A stretch of 64,000 nucleotides of DNA from NCBI GenBank assembly GCA_965247675.1, contig OZ252025.1, positions 2,525,153 to 2,589,152 on the forward strand. The letters run 5' to 3'. The translations under genes and the position numbers were made by a program. A model generated the notes under the pieces. The model searched no databases, was not told where the DNA came from, and was given only the letters and a program-made list of their open reading frames with translations. This DNA is from Tepidiformaceae bacterium (GTDB taxonomy: Bacteria > Chloroflexota > Dehalococcoidia > Tepidiformales > Tepidiformaceae). Shown piece after piece: positions 17,869 to 25,084 of this stretch; the first letter of the stretch is position 1, and the number at the start of each line of letters is the position of its first letter.

Positions 17869-18958
17869 CACAGCTGAACGTCTTTGGCCCGACATCGCGA
17901 TACCTCCAGGCGAGCTCCTGGGCGAGGAGTTGGATGCGCGCGGGATGAGTCAGCAAGAGCTCGCCCGTCGCATGGGGCGACCGCCACAGATGGTCAACGA
18001 GCTCATCCACGGCAAGAAGGTCCTCACCGCCGAAACGGCGCTTGGCCTGGAGAAGGTGCTAGGCATTCCGGCGAGCTTCTGGACGAACTCGGAGAGCAGC
18101 TACCAACTCATCAAGAGCCGCATCGAGGAACGGGAACGGCTCGAAGAGGAGGCCCCCTGCTGGCTTCCCGAGTTTCCTGTCGCCGACCTGATCCGAAGGC
18201 AGGTGTTACCGGTGCGGTCGCACGCGAAGCCCTGGGAGAAGGCGCACGCGTTGCTCCAGTTCCTCGGCTTCAGCAGTTTCGCGCAGTGGGAAGCCCAGAC
18301 TGCAACGGCCGCCGGCTTGCGGGTCACAGATCCGAAGCGCGCTTCGCGAGGCGCACTCGCCGTCTGGCTAAGGCAGGGCGCGCAAGATGGCCACGAGCAG
18401 GAGGCCGAGCCCTACAACGAAACGCGCTTCCGAGAGGTGCTGCAGACGCTGCGCGCCTACACCACCAGCGAGCCTGAAGTCTTTTCGGCGGAGATGCGCG
18501 ACCGATGCGTTGCCGCGGGAGTGGCCGTCTCCTTCATCAAGGAATACCCAAAGGCGAACGCCACGGGCGCCGCGCGCTGGCTCCAGGCAGACAAGGGACA
18601 CATCCAGCTTAGCCTCCGTCACAAGACCGCCGACATGCTCTGGTTCAGCTTCTACCACGAAGCAGAGCACCTTCTCGGGAAGCGTTTCAAGGGCGCGCGT
18701 GTCGACGGGATGCGCGGAATCGACCAGGACGCCGAAGAAGAGGCAGTCTGTGACGCCTTCGCCCGGGATACGCTGATTCCCAGCGACATCTGGGAAGCGT
18801 TCACCTACAAGGAGTGCTTCTCGGAACGTGATGTCCGTGAGTTCGCAGGGGAATCTGGCATCCACGCGGGAATCGTAGCTGGCCGCCTCCAGCACGAGCA
18901 CTTCATTCCCCATCACAGCCTCAACGACCTCAAAATGCGGCTGGAGTGGAGGGACTGA
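17858..18958 (+). CDS. HigA-like XRE antitoxin fused to an ImmA/IrrE (COG2856) HExxH metallopeptidase domain
   Basis: The N-terminus (IPPGELLGEELDARGMSQQELARRMGRPPQMVNELIHGKKVLTAETALGLEKVLGIPASFW) is HigA-type. The C-terminal domain carries FYHEAEHLL (HExxH) as in ImmA/IrrE. ATG 17858 is in frame within ORF 17801..18958. Confidence 0.8.
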   Translation: MATNTAERLWPDIAIPPGELLGEELDARGMSQQELARRMGRPPQMVNELIHGKKVLTAETALGLEKVLGIPASFWTNSESSYQLIKSRIEERERLEEEAPCWLPEFPVADLIRRQVLPVRSHAKPWEKAHALLQFLGFSSFAQWEAQTATAAGLRVTDPKRASRGALAVWLRQGAQDGHEQEAEPYNETRFREVLQTLRAYTTSEPEVFSAEMRDRCVAAGVAVSFIKEYPKANATGAARWLQADKGHIQLSLRHKTADMLWFSFYHEAEHLLGKRFKGARVDGMRGIDQDAEEEAVCDAFARDTLIPSDIWEAFTYKECFSERDVREFAGESGIHAGIVAGRLQHEHFIPHHSLNDLKMRLEWRD

Positions 18959-18968
18959 CGCACTGCCG

Positions 18969-19998
18969 CTAGCAGGGTGCTGAAGAAACGGCCTCGGGCG
19001 GAGCGGGCCTGCCCGCTCCGCGCTATCGGCGCGTTTCGGGGCGGGTTTCAGGGGCTTCGGAGTGCGCCCGTCGATGGCGCTACGACGCCCACGCTCGTTG
19101 CGGGCCACGTGCGGCGTCACCCCACGGGCGCGCACCGCCGCCACGACGTCGCGCGTGTCGTAGCCCCGGTCCGCCCCCTGGGTCGCGCGACTGCGTACGC
19201 TCCGCGCCAGCATCGGAAGGGCCGCCTCCCGCTCGCCATGGCCGTCCGCCTCGCTCAGCTCCACGTCCACCACCAGCCCGTGGCGGTTCTCACTGAGGAC
19301 GTGCCCCAGATAGCTCAGCTTCGCCTCCTGCTGCGGCCCCTTGCGATACAGCCGCGCCTCCGCGTCCGTGCGCGAGACGTGCGTCTCGCGGCTGCGCCGC
19401 CGACCCTGGAAGTCCCCCTCGGCGTTGCGTCCACCCCCGGAAGGCGGCGCCCGCTCGTCCCGCGGCCGGTAGCCCTTGAGCGAGGCCCACGCTTCCAGCA
19501 GCGGCCCGTCGACCGTGAAGTGCTCGTCCAAGAGCAACCGGCGGCGGCCCGCCTCGGCCACCACCTCGGTGAAGAAGGCGCGCGCCACCTCCCCTCCAAC
19601 ATGCGCTCGCGGTTCTTGGAGAAGGTCGTCGCGGCAAAGGGCTCATCGTCGACGTACAGGTCGAGGAACCGCTTGGAGAGCAGATTGTAGCGCACCTGCT
19701 CGCAGAACTGGCGCTCGCTGCGCACCGAGTAGAGGGCGATCAAGAGGCTCCCCTTGAGCAGGTGCTCGGGCGGGATCGAGGGACGACCGTGGTTGGCGTA
19801 CATCTCCTTGAAGCGTGGCGACAGCCGCGTCAGGCACTTCGTCCACCAGGGGCTTGATGCGCCGCCGGGGGGTGGTCGTCGGGGACGAACGCCTCCGGCG
19901 TCACCGCCAGCTTGATGTTGGCCTGCCGCTCTCGCTCTCCGCGCATGGGGAACCTCCACAGTCCGCTCCCAGCCCAAGCCTTTTCAGCACCCTGCTAG
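18969..19998 (-). mobile_element. Decayed IS5-family insertion sequence (copy A) with both terminal inverted repeats
   Basis: Left end CTAG+CAGGGTGCTGAAGAAA (18969-18988). Right end TTTTCAGCACCCTG+CTAG (19981-19998). Only 1030 bp, inserted 11 bp after the stop of the HigA-ImmA/IrrE fusion gene (17858..18958). Confidence 0.8.
19060..19946 (-). pseudogene. IS5-family (DUF772 + DDE) transposase, multiply frameshifted and C-terminally truncated
   Basis: Three segments lie in different frames: MRGERERQANIKLAVTPEAFVPDDHP; MYANHGRPSIPPEHLLKGSLLIALYSVRSERQFCEQVRYNLL; and DAEARLYRKGPQQEAKLSYLGHVLSENRHGLVVD...GADRGYDTRDVVAAVRARGVTPHVARNERGRRSAIDGRT. The usual C-terminal end is missing. Confidence 0.8.
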
Positions 19999-20157
19999 TC
20001 AAAACTCTGCCTTGGGGACCTCACCTGTGCGAATTCCATGTCCTCGCTGACGGCGTGAACGATCAGTCTCTCCCATTGGCAGTTTGGCGGCGCTACGGGG
20101 ACTCGGCCCCCGTTCCCACTGGGTTCCCGCGCCTTCGGAGACGCACGATGCCGGGGC

Positions 20158-20634
20158 TCACCCCCAGTCCAGACCCGTGAGGACCCAGTAGACAAGAAGA
20201 GATAGCCCGTTCAGCACCAAGAGCGCAACACCCATCCAAGTGCCGATCGAGAAGAAGACCTCTCCCCAGTCCATCTCTCGGACGGGAGCCCACCGCACCC
20301 GGGAAGTCCTCGTGAGAAGCACCGTGGCTGCGACGAAAGATGACAGGCCCAGTGCCGCAATTCCGGGGCTGTGCCGCTCCCACTGGGTACCGACGGCGAG
20401 CACTCCAACCCCGATCACCGCAACGGGCAGACCCCAACCAACAAGGTTGTGTTCCAACTGGGGGAAGCGGAGTCCTGACAACCCCGTTCCGACCGTCAAC
20501 ACGGCAACCACCAACACCCACCACAGGTAGGGTGACTCGCGAGCCAGAAGAGCCAGCAGCACGAAAGCGACGAGCGCACTGAGCATTCCCGCAGAGCGCC
20601 GCGTCACCAAGGCATCGAGTGCAGGCAAAGCCAC
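20158..20634 (-). CDS. Hypothetical multi-pass membrane protein (cargo between the two IS remnants)
   Basis: 158-aa ORF with 4-5 hydrophobic helices. G+C is visibly lower and there are more T-ending codons than in neighbours. No recognisable family. Confidence 0.5.
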   Translation of the reverse strand: MALPALDALVTRRSAGMLSALVAFVLLALLARESPYLWWVLVVAVLTVGTGLSGLRFPQLEHNLVGWGLPVAVIGVGVLAVGTQWERHSPGIAALGLSSFVAATVLLTRTSRVRWAPVREMDWGEVFFSIGTWMGVALLVLNGLSLLVYWVLTGLDWG

Positions 20635-20705
20635 GGAACCGCCTTACCTGAATTCTATCAAACAGACCGATGCCGCCAGAAGTCGTCGGCTACCCTTGGG
20701 GGACG

Positions 20706-21173
20706 AGAGCAACCGGCGGCGGCCCGCCTCGGCCACCACCTCGGTGAAGAAGGCGCGCGCCATCTCCGCCTCCAACAGGCGCTCGCGGTTCTTGGAGAAG
20801 GTCGTCGCGGCAAAGGGCTCATCGTCGACGTACAGGTCGAGGAACCACTTGAAGAGCAGATTGTAGCGCACCTGCTCGCAGAACTAGCGCTCGCTGCGCA
20901 CCGAGTAGAGGGCGATCAAGAGGCTCCCCTTGAGCAGGTGCTCGGGCGGGATCGAGGGACGACCGTGGCTGGCGTACATCTCCTTGAAGCGTGGCGACAG
21001 CCGCGTCAGGCACTTCATCCACCAGGGGCTTGATGCGCCGCCGGGGGTGGTCGTCGGGGACGAACGCCTCCGGCGTCACCGCCAGCTTGATGTTGGCCTG
21101 CCGCTCTCGCTCTCCGCGCATGGGGAACCTCCACAGTCCGCTCCCAGCCCAAGCCTTTTCAGCACCCGGCTAG
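20706..21173 (-). mobile_element. Truncated IS5-family copy B (right-end ~468 bp only), transposase pseudogene
   Basis: Near-identical to 19535-19998. It ends in TTTTCAGCACCCGGCTAG (21156-21173). It carries an in-frame TAG (SERQ to SER*) plus the same frameshift after LVDEV as copy A. Confidence 0.8.
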
Positions 21174-21811
21174 GGGCGCTTGCGCACCAGCACCGAGACC
21201 CTCGGAATCGGGGGGAGGGCGAAGGGGCCCAGCTCCACCAGGTCGATCGCGTCGAAGCCGCACTCCGTCAGGAGGGCCGCCAGCCGCCCCCAGCCGCGCA
21301 GGTCCACCCGTGCGCACCCGCCCGAGACAGCGAGCCGGTGGAGATTGTCGAGCCGCCCCCAGCGCACCGGCGCGAACTCGACCAGCAGCGCTGCTCCGCC
21401 CGGCGCCAGCACGCGCGACACCTCCTCGGCGAAGCCGTGCACGGCATCGTCGTCGAGCGCGCGCAGCACGTGCAGCGCCGTGATCGCCTCGAACGAGGCG
21501 TCCCGGAAGGGCAGCCGCTCCGGCCAGGCGACGAGGTCGACGGGTTCGCCACGCTTCGATACGTCCATCACGACGGGCCGGGCGGGCGAGCCCGCGCGCG
21601 CCGCCAGCAGCTCGGCGAAGGCGCCTCCGCCGTAGCCGACATCAAGATAGGTGCGGGCCGTGTCGAGCTCCAGCAGGTCGATCATCGTGTTGGCGCGGGG
21701 AAAGAGCGCTGCGCGCGCGGGCTGCGAATCGAGCGCGCGGGCGAGTGCGGCCTGCGGACCCGCGAGCCAGCGTTCCCGCGCGCTGATAGCTTCCCGACGG
21801 CGTCGAATCAC
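21170..21811 (-). CDS. Class I SAM-dependent methyltransferase
   Basis: Motif I YLDVGYGGGAF and a Methyltransf_11-like body. The TAG stop (21170-21172) lies inside the CTAG at the IS end. Confidence 0.75.
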   Translation of the reverse strand: MIRRRREAISARERWLAGPQAALARALDSQPARAALFPRANTMIDLLELDTARTYLDVGYGGGAFAELLAARAGSPARPVVMDVSKRGEPVDLVAWPERLPFRDASFEAITALHVLRALDDDAVHGFAEEVSRVLAPGGAALLVEFAPVRWGRLDNLHRLAVSGGCARVDLRGWGRLAALLTECGFDAIDLVELGPFALPPIPRVSVLVRKRP

Positions 21812-22233
21812 AGCTCGTAGGTTAGGCGCACGAGCCGCTTGGCGCGCCCCGCGCGTTCGGCGACGGCGCGCAGGGCCGCGGCCTCCGCGGCCAGGGTCTC
21901 CGCCCCCGCGCGCCGCACGAACACGGCCGCGCGCTCATCGCCGGCCAGCACCGTGGCGAGCGCGTCGAGGCTGGCGGCGAGGGGGTCCGCCTCCTGCCAG
22001 GCGCGTTCGAGGTTCGCCTCATCCTCCGCGTCCTCGGGCAGGCGCTCGTAGAACGTGGTGAGCGGCCACAGGCGCACGCCCAGCTCGGCGACGCGCTCGG
22101 CGAGCGCGATCAAGGGGTGGCGCGCCCCGAACCCGCGCACCGCCGCGAACGACATGAACGCCACCAGCGTCGCGCCCTCGCCCGGAAGCGCCGCCGCGCC
22201 GCCCTCGCCCTCCACCTCGACCGTGAGTCGCAT
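21808..22233 (-). CDS. Hypothetical protein
   Basis: 141-aa GC3-rich ORF, translationally coupled (GTGA overlap) to the methyltransferase. No family recognised. Confidence 0.5.
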   Translation of the reverse strand: MRLTVEVEGEGGAAALPGEGATLVAFMSFAAVRGFGARHPLIALAERVAELGVRLWPLTTFYERLPEDAEDEANLERAWQEADPLAASLDALATVLAGDERAAVFVRRAGAETLAAEAAALRAVAERAGRAKRLVRLTYEL

Positions 22234-22236
22234 CGC

Positions 22237-23244
22237 CTAGAACCCGTTCCGTCCGTCGATGAAGCGCACGGGGTCGACGAGGACGCCGTGCACGGAGACC
22301 TCCCAGTGCAGGTGGGGAGCCGTCGAGAGCCCGGAGTTCCCGACGAAGGCGATCACCTCGCCCTTCTCGACCTCCTGCCCCTCGGCCACCGCAAAGGCGC
22401 CCAGGTGGGCGTACCCGGAGAACACGCCACCGCCGTGGTCGATGATGACCATGTTCCCGCGAAGGGCCAGCTGCCGCGCGAGCGCCACGCGACCGCTGTT
22501 CGCGGCCATCACGGGCGACCCCTCCAGCACGCCGAAGTCGGTGCCGCCGTGGTTGCCGCCCAGCGGTCCGTCGTTGAACGAGCGGCGCTCGCCGAAGCGG
22601 CTGGAAATGCCGGCGACGCCCCCCCCCACGGGTGTCCGCCAGCGCCCCTGCCACAGCTTCTCCGGCGTCTCCAGTGCGTAGGTTTCGGCCAGCAGGGCGT
22701 CCTCGCGATCGCGCTCGGCGTTATCGAGCACGGGGTCGCCCGCGCCCTCGACGTAGTAGAGCCTGGCAACATCCCACTCCGTCTCGCTCACCGTGATCGT
22801 GTGCTCGAAGCTCCCGACTGAGCCGTTCGCAAGCGTGAGCTGCACGCGCATCGTGTGCGTTCCCGGCGCATCGAAGACGCCGATGCCCACGTAGGTGTAC
22901 TTGCTGAAGTCGCCCTGCGTGAGGGGATAGCGCCGGCCGAGGAACTGGACCTCGCCCTCCGTCACGCTGCCGGTGACTGACACGAGGATGGCGCTCCCCT
23001 GCGCCACCTCGGCCACGGAGACGATCAGCTCGGGGGGCTCGATAACAACCTCCCTGGCCGCGACTCCCACACGCTCGGCCTTCGACTCCGCGGAGACGGG
23101 CGTCACCGTCTTCACCTCCACCCCCGGTCGGTCCCCGCCGCACCCCCCTGTCAGCAGCGCCAGCGCCGCCACCACAAGACCCAGCCGTACGCGCGCGAGA
23201 GCCACGCCCCAAGGGTGCGACAGGCGCTCCCCAGCGTCGACCAC
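22237..23244 (-). CDS. M23-family (LytM-like) metallopeptidase, secreted
   Basis: HxxxD (GGNHGGTDF) and HxH (APHLHWEV) motifs. N-terminal signal/lipobox LALLTGGCGG. Confidence 0.88.
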   Translation of the reverse strand: MVDAGERLSHPWGVALARVRLGLVVAALALLTGGCGGDRPGVEVKTVTPVSAESKAERVGVAAREVVIEPPELIVSVAEVAQGSAILVSVTGSVTEGEVQFLGRRYPLTQGDFSKYTYVGIGVFDAPGTHTMRVQLTLANGSVGSFEHTITVSETEWDVARLYYVEGAGDPVLDNAERDREDALLAETYALETPEKLWQGRWRTPVGGGVAGISSRFGERRSFNDGPLGGNHGGTDFGVLEGSPVMAANSGRVALARQLALRGNMVIIDHGGGVFSGYAHLGAFAVAEGQEVEKGEVIAFVGNSGLSTAPHLHWEVSVHGVLVDPVRFIDGRNGF

Positions 23245-23279
23245 GCCCTCACTCCCCGCACCCTGCTACCATCCCGCCC

Positions 23280-23684
23280 ATGTCAGCGTCACACGTCGAG
23301 GAACGCCCCTTCGCCCTGCGCCGCACCGCCGCCTACGAGTTCATCGAGGGCCTGAACCGCACGAAGGAGGCCCTGCACGAACAGGGCTTCGACATCGCCA
23401 CCACCTTCGATACCGGGGGAGCGCTCGGCGGCGCCTGCACCATCCTCGGGGTCTGTGACGCGGACCTGCTGCGCCGCGCCATCGAGGCCGACGCCGAGGC
23501 GGGCGTCTTCCTCCCCTGCAGCGTCGCCGTGCACGAGAGCGAGGAGGGGATCGTCGTCGAGGCGGTCGACCCCAGGGCCACGGTGGGCGGGGCGGGCAAC
23601 GAGGCGCTCGTCGCCATCGCCGCCGAGGTCCGCGAGCGCCTCGTGAAGGCCCTCAACCGGCTGCCCCCCGGCAGCCGGCGCTAG
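23280..23684 (+). CDS. DUF302-domain protein
   Basis: ILGVCDADLLRRAIEADAEAGVFLPCSVAVHE matches the DUF302 pattern. ATG lies 7 nt after TACCAT (23267-23272). Confidence 0.7.
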   Translation: MSASHVEERPFALRRTAAYEFIEGLNRTKEALHEQGFDIATTFDTGGALGGACTILGVCDADLLRRAIEADAEAGVFLPCSVAVHESEEGIVVEAVDPRATVGGAGNEALVAIAAEVRERLVKALNRLPPGSRR

Positions 23685-23743
23685 CGCGGCCTGCCGGGCG
23701 AACGCGGCAACAACCGCGAAGGTTCACCAGACCCGGGAAAAAC

Positions 23744-23820
23744 TGGTCGGGGTGCCCGGATTCGAACCGGGGACCTCTTCGTCCCGAACGAAGCACTCTA
23801 CCTGGCTGAGCTACACCCCG
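23744..23820 (-). tRNA. tRNA-Pro (anticodon CGG), CCA encoded
   Basis: Reverse complement reads CGGGGUGUAGCUCAGCCAGGUAGAGUGCUUCGUUCGGGACGAAGAGGUCCCCGGUUCGAAUCCGGGCACCCCGACCA. Cloverleaf with a 7-bp acceptor stem, anticodon loop UUCGGGA and T-loop GGUUCGAAUCC. Confidence 0.93.
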
Positions 23821-23922
23821 AGGAACTCACAGAATAGCGCCGCCGCCCCCAACCGTCAGCGCCCCCTTCGCGCCCGCCTCTCCTACACTACGCCCGCGGG
23901 CCAGCAGCCCCGGGAGGACGCC

Positions 23923-24300
23923 ATGAGCGAACGCGCAGCAGACGAGCGCCTGGAAAGCACGAGCGAGCGCGCAGCAGACGAGCGCCTGGAGAACACGAGC
24001 GAGCGCGCAGCAGACGAGCGCGGAAACACGAGCGAGCGCGCAGCAGACGAGCGCCTGGAGAACACGAGCGAGCGCGCAGCAGACGAGCGCGGAAACACGA
24101 GCGAGCGCGCAGCAGACGAGCGCCTGGAGAACACGAGCGAGCGCGCAGCAGACGAGCGCGGAAACACGAGCGAGCGCGCAGCAGACGAGCGCCTGGAGAA
24201 CACGAGCGAGCGCGCAGCAGACGAGCGCGGAAACACGAGCGAGCGCGCAGCAGACGAGCGCGGAAACACGAGCGAGCGCGCAGCAGACGAGCGCGGAAAC
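23923..24300 (+). repeat. 11-unit tandem repeat of 36- and 33-bp units, in frame with the downstream SDR
   Basis: Units are ACGAGCGAGCGCGCAGCAGACGAGCGC followed by CTGGAGAAC or GGAAAC, encoding TSERAADERLEN / TSERAADERGN. Order is LES, LEN, GN, LEN, GN, LEN, GN, LEN, GN, GN, GN. There are no stops. Confidence 0.95.
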
Positions 24301-25077
24301 ATGAGCAAGCGCTTCGAAGGCAAAGTCGCCGTCATCACCGGCGCGGCCGGCGGCATCGGCCGCGCCACCGCCGTGCGGTTGGCGCGGGAGGGCGGGCGCG
24401 TCGTCGCCGTCGACCTGCCGGGGAGCGACCTCGCCGGCGCCGTCGCGGCGGTCGAGGAGGCCGGGAGCGAGGCCCTCGCCGTCCCCGCCGATGTGACCAG
24501 CTGGGCCGACCACGAGCGCTACGTGAGCGAGGCCGTCGAGCGCTTCGGCGGCATCGACGCGTTCTTCAACAACGCCGGCATCGAGGGCGTGGTCACCCCC
24601 CTCACGGACTACCCCGAGGACATCTTCGACAAGGTCATCGATGTGAACGTGAAGGGCGTCTGGCTCGGCCTGAAGGCCGTTGGCCCGGCGATGCGCGCGC
24701 GGGGGGGCGGCGCCATCGTCAACACCGCCTCGACGGCCGGCCTGGGGGGCACGCCCCACCTGGTCGCCTACGGGGCGAGCAAACACGCCGTCATCGGCAT
24801 GACGCGCACGGCCGCGCTCGAGTTCGCGCGCGACAACATCCGCGTGAACGCGATCTGCCCGGCGCCCATCGAAACGCGCATGATGCGCTCCATCGAGCGC
24901 GGCGGCGATCCCGACGACCCGGAGGGGCGCTACCGCGAGATCGCCGCCGGTCTGCCCCTGCGCCGCTACGGCCAACCCCACGAGGTCGCCGCCCTCACCG
25001 CCTTCCTGTTGAGCGACGAAGCGTCCTTCATGACCGGCGCCTACTACCAGGTCGACGGAGGCTCGAAGGCCCGCTAG
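23923..25077 (+). CDS. SDR-family oxidoreductase (FabG-like) with a possible 126-aa SERAADER-repeat N-terminal extension
   Basis: SDR motifs TGAAGGIGRA, NNAG and YGASKHAV. A GGAGGA SD lies 4 nt before ATG 23923. The catalytic domain proper starts at ATG 24301 (MSKRFEGKVAVITG), which has no SD. The ORF-track start at 23752 overlaps the tRNA and is spurious. Confidence 0.8.
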   Translation: MSERAADERLESTSERAADERLENTSERAADERGNTSERAADERLENTSERAADERGNTSERAADERLENTSERAADERGNTSERAADERLENTSERAADERGNTSERAADERGNTSERAADERGNMSKRFEGKVAVITGAAGGIGRATAVRLAREGGRVVAVDLPGSDLAGAVAAVEEAGSEALAVPADVTSWADHERYVSEAVERFGGIDAFFNNAGIEGVVTPLTDYPEDIFDKVIDVNVKGVWLGLKAVGPAMRARGGGAIVNTASTAGLGGTPHLVAYGASKHAVIGMTRTAALEFARDNIRVNAICPAPIETRMMRSIERGGDPDDPEGRYREIAAGLPLRRYGQPHEVAALTAFLLSDEASFMTGAYYQVDGGSKAR

Positions 25078-25084
25078 CGGGCGG

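Noticed and set aside
23923-24300. Regularly spaced repeats that could be mistaken for a CRISPR array
   Set aside because: The units are contiguous, with a 24-bp conserved part and a 9-12-bp variable part. There are no unique spacers, unit lengths are 33/36 bp, the array is in frame with the downstream SDR, and no cas genes are present.
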